Shown in pieces: positions 1 through 8,542 of a DNA stretch of 20,000 bases. The translations under genes were made by a program, and so were the position numbers. The DNA comes from an uncultured virus (IMG/VR IMGVR_UViG_3300025141_000064). Its lineage: Duplodnaviria; Heunggongvirae; Uroviricota; Caudoviricetes. The notes beneath the pieces are model-generated. The model searched no databases, was not told where the DNA came from, and saw nothing but the letters and a program-made list of their open reading frames with translations. The stretch is from the IMG/VR virus record IMGVR_UViG_3300025141_000064. One strand, written 5' to 3'. The first letter of the stretch is position 1; every line of letters starts with the position of its first letter.

Positions 1-1
1 T

Positions 2-619
2 CTCCGTAGTACCAGCTTTCTGATACTTGTAGAGTTCCATCTTACCGAACCTCTGTGCCTTAATGAACATCTGCACGTAATTGTAACGCTCGATGGTGTC
101 AGCACGGAAGTATTGCTTGATGTCATCAGCAGCATCAGCTTCAACTGGTGACAGGTTAGCAAGCAGGTCTCCAACAATAACTGCTGGCACGGAGCCACCT
201 GTCATTGGGGTCACGGTGATCTGTGATAGACCTGTATTTATCGCAGTAACAGTTCCTTTCGCGTTACTTGCGTAAACAACGATAGTGTCAACCGCGATTG
301 TGTCAAGGTTGGCAACTGTTAGCGTTTGAGAAGCAGGGTGAACCGCAGCAGCAGAAATAGCTGTAATCTCTACGGGTTCACGACCAAAGCCCATTTCGTG
401 ATAGAAAAACTCATCACTATTTACGGTTTTGGCAGGTTTCATGTTCAACAGCTTCAAATCGAAATACTGTTGAGGCGCGGCATCGTAAATCAACGAGCGC
501 GTAATCTTCTGAATTAGAAGACTATTGTTGTGACCAAACAACGATGCGTACTGCGAGCCAACCGAGTTAAGGTTAGTGTTGTGCAGGTTCGCGTTTGGCG
601 GTGAATATAAAGTTGGCAT
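2..619 (-). CDS. Major capsid protein, N-terminal part (DUF5309/SU10-like HK97 fold); runs off the left edge
   Basis: Not in the ORF track because there is no stop in the window. Manual translation from ATG at 619 is open for 206 codons: MPTLYSPPNANLHNTNLNSVGSQYASLFG...NSDEFFYHEMGFGREP...TIERYNYVQMFIKAQRFG. YNYVQMF resembles the NYTQIF motif of DUF5309 capsids, and the gene follows portal and scaffold. The leader is A-rich (GGAAAACTAAA-ATG). Confidence 0.8.
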   Translation of the reverse strand, partial: MPTLYSPPNANLHNTNLNSVGSQYASLFGHNNSLLIQKITRSLIYDAAPQQYFDLKLLNMKPAKTVNSDEFFYHEMGFGREPVEITAISAAAVHPASQTLTVANLDTIAVDTIVVYASNAKGTVTAINTGLSQITVTPMTGGSVPAVIVGDLLANLSPVEADAADDIKQYFRADTIERYNYVQMFIKAQRFGKMELYKYQKAGTTE

Positions 620-644
620 TTTAGTTTTCCGTTAAGGGTTAGAC

Positions 645-1859
645 TTAGTAATACGTCTTTTCAAACAGATCACCAAACTGTGTTTTCATAGCATCAGGAG
701 TTGGAGCCTGTGGAGCAGCGCCATACCCAGAGGGCATATTGGCGGCTGGTCTATCAGCACCGTTCCCAACGATGTCATACATCTGGTTGTTCCGTTGTTC
801 AAGAGCCTTTCTTGCACCAATAATTTCGTCTTCCCCAAACAGCGCGAGTGTAATTGCTTTAGCTGCTTCTTTTTTGTAGCTGCCATCAGGATTTCTGAAT
901 AAGGCAGCTTCTCCGTTGCCACTCATTATCTGCTGAACTTTTGCAAGTTTGGCAGGTTCAAGAGCAGGGAACGTTTCTTTTAAGAATGAGACGGAACCCT
1001 TGATACTTTCAGTTAAGGAATTTTCCTTAGTGATCGCATCGTCCTGTAATCGGGTACGTCTCGCATCATGCTCTTGTTTATCCAACTCAAATTGTCGTTG
1101 GGCTAAAAGAATGACTTTCTTTGTGTTTGGTTCTTGGTTTGCAAGGTCTTCTTTGGTGAACTCATTAGGGTAGTAATGGTTCAGCACATCTGAAACTGAA
1201 TTTTGGTCGAAAGCCTTATTAAAGTCAATCGCACTATTTACGTTACTCGCAATCGCTTTCCAATCGTTTCCCGTAGCCCAAGCGTTCATAGCATCATACA
1301 ATGGTTGTGGCATTGCGCTGATGTCCGTCCTAAGAGCATCTAACTCTGCGGTGGCTGCGGAACCGTTCTGTGCGTCTGCTCTCCATTTATCAACGGAGCC
1401 GAAAAACGTATTCCAGTTATTAAAATCTTCTTTCACATCCATACCATACTTGGTGTTGATGTGATTATATATGTCATCCGTACCTTTTACAATAGCTGCG
1501 TTCTGCGCGTCCGTAGGGGATGCGAAGAGTTGGCTTTCATAGGGTTGTGCTGGTGCAGCAGGTGGCTGTGCGTTCTGCATTGCCAATGCTTGCGCGATAG
1601 GGTCAACTGGCGCGGCAGGTGCAGGAGGTTGGTTGGCAGGTGCGGCTGGCGCTGCTGGTGCAGCAGGTGCGGCAGGTGCTTGAATGTTGTTTGATGCCAG
1701 ATAATTTGCAACATCTGGGTCAGAAGCTAAAGCTGGGTTAGCGTTAATTGCCTCTGCCACGAAAGCCATGTTTGCTTGGGCATCTACTACTCCTGTTTCA
1801 ACTGGCGGCTGCGCTGGTGCGGCAGGGGCAGGTGGTATAGGTTGGTTCTGTAAATTCAT
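645..1859 (-). CDS. Putative capsid scaffolding protein
   Basis: 404 aa between portal and capsid. Pro/Ala/Gln-rich disordered N-terminus, helical acidic core and short aromatic C-terminal tail (FGDLFEKTYY). Confidence 0.7.
   Translation of the reverse strand: MNLQNQPIPPAPAAPAQPPVETGVVDAQANMAFVAEAINANPALASDPDVANYLASNNIQAPAAPAAPAAPAAPANQPPAPAAPVDPIAQALAMQNAQPPAAPAQPYESQLFASPTDAQNAAIVKGTDDIYNHINTKYGMDVKEDFNNWNTFFGSVDKWRADAQNGSAATAELDALRTDISAMPQPLYDAMNAWATGNDWKAIASNVNSAIDFNKAFDQNSVSDVLNHYYPNEFTKEDLANQEPNTKKVILLAQRQFELDKQEHDARRTRLQDDAITKENSLTESIKGSVSFLKETFPALEPAKLAKVQQIMSGNGEAALFRNPDGSYKKEAAKAITLALFGEDEIIGARKALEQRNNQMYDIVGNGADRPAANMPSGYGAAPQAPTPDAMKTQFGDLFEKTYY
1549..1680 (-). repeat. Low-complexity (PAA)n coding repeats in the scaffold gene
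   Basis: Imperfect GCAGGTGCG/GCTGGTGCA units encoding APAAPAAPAAPAAPA and PPAAPA. Confidence 0.8.
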
Positions 1860-1879
1860 TCTTTCCTCTATCGTTTTAG

Positions 1880-1887
1880 CAAATATA
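1880..1887 (-). promoter_or_regulatory. Bacteroidota-type -7 element TATATTTG for the scaffold-capsid operon
   Basis: Matches TAnnTTTG in the 44-nt portal/scaffold gap, 20 nt upstream of the ATG. Confidence 0.65.
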
Positions 1888-1903
1888 CTGCAAAATCTTT
1901 CAA

Positions 1904-4135
1904 TTACAGTAATGGTCTATTTTTCTCTCTATCTCCTTCTGTCTTCGCCCTTCCTCTGGCGTTGACCGTATCAATCTGCGCCTTATTGTTAGCGTCCCTA
2001 TCCTCAACCGCTTGTCTACGCTCGACATCAGCAGCAGTCGCTTGAAACTCTGCCTCCATGTTTTGTTCTTGAGCCATGCCCGCGTTCTCTTGAGCCATCT
2101 GCTCTTGTTGAACCTTCGCCATCTCCCTCTCGGTAAGAACCTTTCGGTTATAGCTTTCTCTAACAGCAGCTTGAACATCGTCAACCTCCGCGCCACCATA
2201 GAATTTCTGAAACGCCTCTGGGTCGATTATCTGATTTCCAAGTAGAGCAACAAGTGTTTGTTGGTTGTAAATTCTGATCTCATCATCTGGCGCAGTACGC
2301 TTGATGAATACACGGAACTCTTCGAGCATCATGTTTTTAGTGATGATTATATCCTGTGCATATTCATCTCCAACGATAGAAGCCAACCGTTTTTTACTTT
2401 CCGCGTAAATCTGTTTTCCCTGCTTTGCCATCGACTGCGCGGCACTAAGAAGAACATCTGAAACAGCAAAGTAGAACGGCTCCTGCATTACTGTACCCCT
2501 ATTTATCATAGCGTTGGTAACTCCTACCGCTTCACGCTTTCCGCCCTGCGTTCCCTGCATGGCTTCATTTACTCCACTTACATTCTGTATGATGCTACGC
2601 ATCTGTCCCACAATACCGAATAGCGCATCGGCTGAACGCCCCATTGTCATATCGTATGTGCCGACTGAATTGGACATATTCCCCTTCGCGTTGACGAATA
2701 TCGGCTTGGATTGGTTCATGTTCTTCAACACTTCCTCTTCTCCGCCTTGAGTGTCAATCATGTGTTTGTCAAGAATAGTACCTGCCCCTCTTGAGTTATT
2801 CACCTGTTGCTCGGCAACTGATAGCACTCTATTCAAGAAGCGCTGTGGAGAAATCACATCTTCAACTGGGCTAAGTATCTCTCCATGATGGTACGCCCAT
2901 GTGCGTATCTTATATGGTGGCTCAACATTCGAGATGTCAAGCATGTTCCTTTCTTGGTATGGCAACTCTCCATATCCAAGACAAATATCTTCTCGTTCCC
3001 CATCTCCGCCTGTAAGTTCTGATGGAACAAACGCCACATACCTAAGTAGGTCAACGTAGATTTTCTTGGTTCTTTTTCCTTTCAACTTTGCAACCCTCTT
3101 TGGGTCGTTCGGCATAATAACGTCATTCATGTTGTACTCCCCTTCTGGGTCGTCAACTCTGGCGAAGCACTCGTACCCATACTTATCCAGTACCCATCCA
3201 TATTCGTGGAGGTCGCTGTCTCGCCAGCAGAGTTCAAATACTGGAACCCTTCCTTCCTCTACCCCTACAACATCAAAGTATTCTCCGTTCGTCTGACCAA
3301 AGGATATTGGGTTGTTGGAGTAATCTTCTAAGGTTTGTAACTCGGATGTGCTGTTGTGTTGGAACCTTTCGTATAATTCCGTAGCCATATAGTTGTGGTA
3401 CTCCCCCCAATACTGGCTATCTGAAAGGTCTGGTTTTTTTGCTGTCGGGTCGAAGATGAAACGCATTGGGTCAACGATGTCCCACTTCTGATGCCCATTC
3501 TGCTCGTACCCTTTTAATATGGCAATGCCAGAAAGCGCAAGGTGTTTCGCAATCTCTGGTTTTAACTTATCAATCTCATTATTATCCCAAATAAACTTCA
3601 CCAACCTATTGATGGCTCGCTCATACTTATCGTAATAGAACGTGTTGAAGTTCTCGTCTGTCTCATTCTGGTCATCCCCTATAAGTGGGTTGTCTTCTTT
3701 GATCTGCGCGTTCAATGGAGTTCCTTCTGTGGCTCGCGCTACGGTGTCCCAGAATTTCAGGTTCTTGAGTTCTTCTTCCCTTCGTGTTGCCGCTCCCTCA
3801 CTAACACTCATCGCTTTCGCGTTGAAGTCCATGTTTATAGCGGTTCCCACATATTGCTCAACCATCGGGCGCACAAGGTTCTCCACGAATTTGATACGGT
3901 TCTTCACATCACCACTCTCATCCATAAGGAACGCCTCAAGGTCTTCATCGAATATCCATTGGTTCCCTTTATAGAAATGCCAGTTGACAAGGCTTTTTAT
4001 CTGAAACAACTTATGCTTGTCGGAATTGATACCGTTCAATATCCAGCGACCATGCTTGATGTGATAGTCTTTGTCCTTTTGTTTGGCAGGGACTAACCTG
4101 TTAGGTCTGTTGGGTTCGGTTACAAAACTGCTCAT
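1904..4135 (-). CDS. Portal protein (P22/SU10-like)
   Basis: 743 aa. Motifs FYKGNQW, NLVRPMVEQYVG, VEDVISPQRFLN and QNVSGVNEAMQG are typical of P22-like portals. Has a Q/E/A-rich C-terminal coiled coil and lies between terminase and scaffold. Confidence 0.85.
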   Translation of the reverse strand: MSSFVTEPNRPNRLVPAKQKDKDYHIKHGRWILNGINSDKHKLFQIKSLVNWHFYKGNQWIFDEDLEAFLMDESGDVKNRIKFVENLVRPMVEQYVGTAINMDFNAKAMSVSEGAATRREEELKNLKFWDTVARATEGTPLNAQIKEDNPLIGDDQNETDENFNTFYYDKYERAINRLVKFIWDNNEIDKLKPEIAKHLALSGIAILKGYEQNGHQKWDIVDPMRFIFDPTAKKPDLSDSQYWGEYHNYMATELYERFQHNSTSELQTLEDYSNNPISFGQTNGEYFDVVGVEEGRVPVFELCWRDSDLHEYGWVLDKYGYECFARVDDPEGEYNMNDVIMPNDPKRVAKLKGKRTKKIYVDLLRYVAFVPSELTGGDGEREDICLGYGELPYQERNMLDISNVEPPYKIRTWAYHHGEILSPVEDVISPQRFLNRVLSVAEQQVNNSRGAGTILDKHMIDTQGGEEEVLKNMNQSKPIFVNAKGNMSNSVGTYDMTMGRSADALFGIVGQMRSIIQNVSGVNEAMQGTQGGKREAVGVTNAMINRGTVMQEPFYFAVSDVLLSAAQSMAKQGKQIYAESKKRLASIVGDEYAQDIIITKNMMLEEFRVFIKRTAPDDEIRIYNQQTLVALLGNQIIDPEAFQKFYGGAEVDDVQAAVRESYNRKVLTEREMAKVQQEQMAQENAGMAQEQNMEAEFQATAADVERRQAVEDRDANNKAQIDTVNARGRAKTEGDREKNRPLL

Positions 4136-4140
4136 GGTCT

Positions 4141-4148
4141 CAAATTTA
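4141..4148 (-). promoter_or_regulatory. -7 element TAAATTTG, 5 nt before the portal ATG
   Basis: Minus strand reads TAA-G-TAAATTTG-AGACC-ATG in a 14-nt intergenic gap. Confidence 0.6.
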
Positions 4149-4149
4149 C

Positions 4150-4707
4150 TTAATCTTCCTCATAAAGAACATCCATGATACGCTTGCTGCCCTCATCCTT
4201 CTTGCCAGAGAATTTCTTTTTCACTCCGAAACCTCCCTCAATCTGCGACACAAGACTTGGCATTTTCTCTATTACTTTCTGCGCCAGTCCAACGTAGTCT
4301 TCCTTTTCTGCCGTAGGCATCACTTTCACTTCGTCAACCCCAATAGAAGCTATTGCCTCATAATTGTTGAAAATCTTTTCCATTACGGTCTTTGCGCGGT
4401 TGCGCACCGTTGGATTGTATTGCGACATAACCTCTATTGCGACCTGCAATTTTGGCGGAAACCGCATACTGTAATAGTTATTTCTATCTTTTTCGGAAAG
4501 ATATTTTTCACCATACGACTTCTTGATACATTGCCGAACCTTCTCCATCTTGTTCTTGATACCGAAGAAGGGGCTTGTTCTATTTGCCCAGTACCACACG
4601 AACTTTAGGTCTTTCGCATTGATCGCTACGAACTCTTCTACTTCCGCAAGTTCGGGGTGGTCAACACGCAGGTCTCCTTTCTGCGGCTCGAACAAGATAA
4701 TATCCAT
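4150..4707 (-). CDS. Hypothetical helical protein; candidate terminase small subunit
   Basis: 185 aa in the packaging module. LKFVWYWANRTSPF and LQVAIEVM recall terminase-adjacent proteins of Bacteroidota/crAss-like phages (from memory, unverified). Confidence 0.45.
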   Translation of the reverse strand: MDIILFEPQKGDLRVDHPELAEVEEFVAINAKDLKFVWYWANRTSPFFGIKNKMEKVRQCIKKSYGEKYLSEKDRNNYYSMRFPPKLQVAIEVMSQYNPTVRNRAKTVMEKIFNNYEAIASIGVDEVKVMPTAEKEDYVGLAQKVIEKMPSLVSQIEGGFGVKKKFSGKKDEGSKRIMDVLYEED

Positions 4708-4711
4708 GTGT

Positions 4712-4719
4712 CAAAAATA
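4712..4719 (-). promoter_or_regulatory. -7 element TATTTTTG, 4 nt before the ATG at 4707
   Basis: Minus strand reads TATTTTTG-ACAC-ATG. Confidence 0.6.
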
Positions 4720-4747
4720 AGAAAAGGGCGACATAGTGCCGCCCTTT
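4713..4747 (-). terminator. Intrinsic terminator after the 4770-5516 gene
   Basis: Minus strand AAAGGGCGGCA-CTA-TGTCGCCCTTT followed by TCTTATTTTT. The G-U pair fits the minus-strand RNA. Confidence 0.8.
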
Positions 4748-4769
4748 GTTCTTAGTATAGTCAGAAGTC

Positions 4770-5516
4770 TTAGATGACTGCTGTGTACTCCTTGTGGTGT
4801 GCGACCGTAGTTGCAGTAACCTGTCCAACTACACCAGCAAATTCTGTCGCGAACAGCGCAATGCTATCGTCAACATACACCGTATGCTGATGGAGAACTG
4901 CACTATCCTTTCCGTTTGTGGTCAATGTGCTTCTTACGAGTAGGTCGAATTTGTTGTAAGTGGTTGCTGGGTTGTAGCCCGCCAAGTGTGCCGCGTCACC
5001 TGCTCCAACTGGAACAACAGCATCGGTAATGGTGATACCCGTTCCAACCGCAAGGTTGTCGTTATTGGTCTCAACGAACACGTTATTGTAATCTGCGTTG
5101 TTGAAATCAATGTCCAGTACCTCCGCAACTGCTGGGTGAGAGTTCGGAGCGTCAAGGACGTAATCCGATACGTTGGCAAACAAGCCAACTTGCTGTACGA
5201 AAGCAGCAGCAATTTCGGTGTCAGTCGGTGCGCTGTCACCGTACACAACAAGAGAGGTCTCTGCCCCAGTAGTGGTGTTTCGGAAGGTGATCTTGACAGG
5301 AGAGTTGGCTGCGTATTCCAGCGCTCCGCTATCGTCAAGGTCGATAACAATTCGGGCAAATGAACCAGCAGCGTAAGTGGTTGCTGTTGCCGCGTCTACG
5401 TCTTTCCACTTCACCGATATTGGTGTGTTGTCAAGAGCGAGAACGCCATTGACCACAGATAATTCTCCTGTAAGGTAGGCGTTCAGTAATGTTGTTGATT
5501 TTTGAATGACTTGCAT
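4770..5516 (-). CDS. Putative virion structural protein (auxiliary capsid/decoration-like)
   Basis: 248 aa from MQVIQK (ATG 5516 after an A10 leader; the track start at 5555 overlaps the promoter). T/A/V/N/D-rich beta-type composition, with its own promoter and terminator. Confidence 0.55.
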   Translation of the reverse strand: MQVIQKSTTLLNAYLTGELSVVNGVLALDNTPISVKWKDVDAATATTYAAGSFARIVIDLDDSGALEYAANSPVKITFRNTTTGAETSLVVYGDSAPTDTEIAAAFVQQVGLFANVSDYVLDAPNSHPAVAEVLDIDFNNADYNNVFVETNNDNLAVGTGITITDAVVPVGAGDAAHLAGYNPATTYNKFDLLVRSTLTTNGKDSAVLHQHTVYVDDSIALFATEFAGVVGQVTATTVAHHKEYTAVI

Positions 5517-5552
5517 GATAATGTTTTTTTTTTGGGTTTGTACTATATGCGT

Positions 5553-5560
5553 CAAATGTA
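5553..5560 (-). promoter_or_regulatory. -7 element TACATTTG
   Basis: TAnnTTTG match 4 nt after the terminase stop and 36 nt before ATG 5516. Confidence 0.65.
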
Positions 5561-5564
5561 ATGA

Positions 5565-7820
5565 TTATCGTAATACCTTTTTCATCTTCATCTCAAAGTT
5601 GTCGTCCATTATCATTTTGTAACGGGTCTTCTTCTCGCCTGAATTTGCATGTGGTAGGTTGGGGTGCTTATGGTCAAACGCCATTCGGCAGATGTAGCCA
5701 TACACCACCGCGTCAATAAGGTCATCATCATACAGCTTCCCGTCCTCTGGTTCCCATCTGGTCTTTCCGCTCGGTAGTGTTTTCTCGGAGAATGTTTTAA
5801 GCTGAACCCAGAACTCATCGAACTGTATCTTATGCCCGAGACCATCAATCATCTCAATCAGCTTGTCAATTATCTTCCCAGAGGTATTGGCTCTTTTGTT
5901 TATTCCTGTGGATGCTCCACTTGGGGTTTGTAGGTATAGGGGTAGTTGGTAGTTGCTGACAAGCGTTCCCCAAAACCCCTTGTAATCAATGTAATCAATC
6001 AGACCACTACCGATGTTGCTCTCAACCAGATGTGGACATTGACCATAATATAGGTTCATAAGAAGGGTCTGCAAATAACACAACCTATAATTGGGAACCC
6101 TATAATTGAACGCGCATACGGGCGCGTGATAGTGTTCGTCCCATATTGTTGAAGCCATCTTTGATAGCCCAGTTTCGGTGAATATCGGGTCAGTACCCTG
6201 ATAGTACCTGTCTGTCCATTTCAATCTCGGATGGTCGAGAAGCACCACACATGCCCTATCATCGTCATCTTTGGTTGGAATGAAATTGGCTCCTATCACC
6301 TTGAAAGGCACATCGGATGCCTCTGGTTGTTCAACCTCATAATCATAGATAGGTTCAAAGAAACCTTTTTGTGGCGGCTTGGCTTTGTATAATTTGTAGC
6401 ACCTGTCCAAATGTTCGTTGATCTGTGCGATAGGAATGATCGTCCTGTGGTTACGCAGGAACATATCCTCAATGGTAACAGGATAGTGCTGGTGAAATTG
6501 AAGCTTCTTACGCTCTGCTTCAACTCCTTTCTTACCGTAGTAGTATTCCTTTTCTCTCTCGAAGAACTCTTTTGTTACGGATGGTTTTGAGAACGCATCA
6601 AGGAAAATCGGCAGCACACCGTAGTTGAAGTTCCTTTTCTTCCATGCTTCCATACATGCGCGGAACTCTGTTTCAAATGCAGCACCACCCTTATCGAGAT
6701 TACCACCTGTTCCCCACATCACAAGCTGGCGAACCATTCTCATTTTCTGGGTCTTGGCATCAACGATGAACATTGTAGGACGACCCTCATTGGTCATCTC
6801 ACCGAGAATACCGATTTGTCCGACCTCATCAACCAGTACCTTATTCGGAGTACCACCGTTAATTGCTGTAACGTATGGTGCTTCAACCACGCATTTACTA
6901 TCAATGGCGCGACCCTCACCCTTCTTCTGCTTATACATGAAGCGGAGTAGTCGGTCTCTGTCGTTTGCTACTGTTGGACGGAATACATCAGGAAGCGCGT
7001 AGAAAGCGAACCGTATCTTATCATTGAATATCTCTTCACCTTTAAGAGCGTTCTCGGTGATGAACTTCATAAAATAGTTAGGGTGACAGATGAGGTCTCT
7101 TACAGTAAGACCACCCATAGTTGTGGTAAGTCCGACCTGCCTTAACTTTCCCAGTAGTATCGAGAAACCGCAGTCAATCAACCAACAGACAAAGGCTTGA
7201 CAGTCCCACGCCTCATAATCTCTGTGACCACCTGCTACCTCACCCTCTTTCAGTTCGAGATACTTATTACAGAAATAAAGCCCATTTATCTTGAAGCGTC
7301 TCCGCTCCATCCTAACGAACTCATATATCTCATCATAACCTTCACAATCAGCGAGTGTTTGTCCCTCTGCTATCCAATCAGCCGATTGCTGCTTATACAG
7401 GTCGTATTGTTTGTTTTCAATCCTATGAGAGAACCCGATAAGGATGCTATCAATAAGCCGTATGAAATCTTCGTTGGGTTCGAGAACGTTCCCGTTATGT
7501 GGTAGCCAGTCCTCTTTGGTTATTTCTTTCCCCCCTTGATACTTCTTAACAATCTCATCATGGTCTTCTTCATCCATGACCACATCGGCTGGTGCGTGGT
7601 CTTCATCGACAACATCAACTCTTTGGTCGATGAACGCTTCGGTAGGATGTTTAACCGCCTGATTACGAGTATAAGTGCTTTTGTTATCGTAGAAGTGGGG
7701 GACTTCCTCGTCAGAAAGTATGCCAGAAGAATTAAGTAGACCAACGTTAGCATGACCTATCTCAATCCCGTCTTTGTGTAGTTCGTATAGGAACCATAAA
7801 TGTCTATCCTTCTTGCTCAT
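5565..7820 (-). CDS. terL: Terminase large subunit
   Basis: Walker A GKLRQVGLTT, Walker B VLVDEVG, coupling motif WGTGG, linker QHYPVTIEDMF, and RNase H-like nuclease motifs GTDP, LVESN and DDDLIDAV. ATG 7820 (MSKKD) is preferred over the track start at 7853. Confidence 0.9.
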   Translation of the reverse strand: MSKKDRHLWFLYELHKDGIEIGHANVGLLNSSGILSDEEVPHFYDNKSTYTRNQAVKHPTEAFIDQRVDVVDEDHAPADVVMDEEDHDEIVKKYQGGKEITKEDWLPHNGNVLEPNEDFIRLIDSILIGFSHRIENKQYDLYKQQSADWIAEGQTLADCEGYDEIYEFVRMERRRFKINGLYFCNKYLELKEGEVAGGHRDYEAWDCQAFVCWLIDCGFSILLGKLRQVGLTTTMGGLTVRDLICHPNYFMKFITENALKGEEIFNDKIRFAFYALPDVFRPTVANDRDRLLRFMYKQKKGEGRAIDSKCVVEAPYVTAINGGTPNKVLVDEVGQIGILGEMTNEGRPTMFIVDAKTQKMRMVRQLVMWGTGGNLDKGGAAFETEFRACMEAWKKRNFNYGVLPIFLDAFSKPSVTKEFFEREKEYYYGKKGVEAERKKLQFHQHYPVTIEDMFLRNHRTIIPIAQINEHLDRCYKLYKAKPPQKGFFEPIYDYEVEQPEASDVPFKVIGANFIPTKDDDDRACVVLLDHPRLKWTDRYYQGTDPIFTETGLSKMASTIWDEHYHAPVCAFNYRVPNYRLCYLQTLLMNLYYGQCPHLVESNIGSGLIDYIDYKGFWGTLVSNYQLPLYLQTPSGASTGINKRANTSGKIIDKLIEMIDGLGHKIQFDEFWVQLKTFSEKTLPSGKTRWEPEDGKLYDDDLIDAVVYGYICRMAFDHKHPNLPHANSGEKKTRYKMIMDDNFEMKMKKVLR

Positions 7821-8088
7821 ATTTCTTCCACTTTCCTTCGGGACATTCTTCAAGGGATAGACGGGTCTTGGCTTTCAGAAAGCACGTACACGACCTACAT
7901 CTATGCCCCTCTGGCTGGAACTTCTCACATTCATTGCTAACGCAGATGGCTAACCTTTCCTCGAAAACTTCCTGTGGAACGAACTGTTTGTTCGCTATTT
8001 GCTTGGCTACTCTTGGCGCAGCCCTTACTCCTTCCTTAATTGTCTTCCAATTAGATATGGTTGGTTTGTTTTCAGTACATCCACACAT
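7804..8088 (-). CDS. Small Cys-rich zinc-binding protein (DUF6171-like)
   Basis: 94 aa from MCGC with the pattern ERLAIC..NEC...RCRSCTCFLKAKT...CPEGKW. The start is moved from 8262 to 8088 because a -7 element lies immediately upstream. Overlaps the start of terL. Confidence 0.7.
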   Translation of the reverse strand: MCGCTENKPTISNWKTIKEGVRAAPRVAKQIANKQFVPQEVFEERLAICVSNECEKFQPEGHRCRSCTCFLKAKTRLSLEECPEGKWKKYEQEG

Positions 8089-8092
8089 GAAG

Positions 8093-8100
8093 CAAATATA
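8093..8100 (-). promoter_or_regulatory. -7 element TATATTTG, 4 nt before ATG 8088
   Basis: Minus strand reads TATATTTG-CTTC-ATG. Confidence 0.65.
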
Positions 8101-8360
8101 GCTATTGTTGTGGTTGCTTTTGTTAGATTGGAGGTTGAGGGAGGTCAGCACAAGCAAGTCGCCCCCTACCCCCAGCAAGGAACGATATGCCTGACCAGTT
8201 GCTTCCGTTGAGTTGTCGGTATCGGTTTGGTTGATGTCGGGTAGCAAGTCGTGAAAGCCCATCTACATCATTTAACAGCGTTGAGTGATTACTAAAGAAC
8301 CACATGCTTTTGCTCGGCTCTACTGTTTTTATTTAGCTTGGGTTAGAACAGTTACCCAAC

Positions 8361-8404
8361 AAAAAACCCCAGATGGCGACTTGCTTACGGCTACCAGTCT
8401 GGGG
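8361..8404 (-). terminator. Terminator-like hairpin 2 of the structured intergenic region
   Basis: CCCCAGA-CTGGTAGCCGTAAGCAAGTCGCCA-TCTGGGG-TTTTTT on the minus strand. Confidence 0.7.
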
Positions 8405-8460
8405 TCTATGAGGTCGGATGACCAAATTTCTTTTGCCGCAAGCGGCAGTAAAACTACAAC

Positions 8461-8538
8461 AAAAAAAGGAACCACTTGAGAGGTCAGAAACAAGCGGCTC
8501 CAATTTTCGGGCGGTCTTGCGACTACCCTTGAGGTTGC
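8461..8538 (-). ncRNA. Candidate small RNA of about 80 nt (promoter, GNRA hairpin, terminator)
   Basis: Follows TACCTTTG at 8543-8550. Contains hairpin GGGTAGTC-GCAA-GACCGCCC, then GGAGCCGCTTG-(12-nt loop)-CAAGTGGTTCC-T7. Three G-U pairs work only on the minus strand. Confidence 0.55.
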
Positions 8539-8542
8539 GCGA

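Noticed and set aside
93..7739. Plus-strand ORFs opposite the head genes
   Set aside because: They are antisense shadows of well-supported minus-strand genes and have no recognisable motifs.
8089..8262. N-terminal 58 aa of the 152-aa ORF 7804-8262
   Set aside because: It overlaps the structured repeat region, and a -7 element directly precedes the internal ATG at 8088.
8338..8540. tRNA or CRISPR mini-array
   Set aside because: There is no cloverleaf or TTCGA T-loop, and the repeats are short, irregularly spaced and partly inverted.
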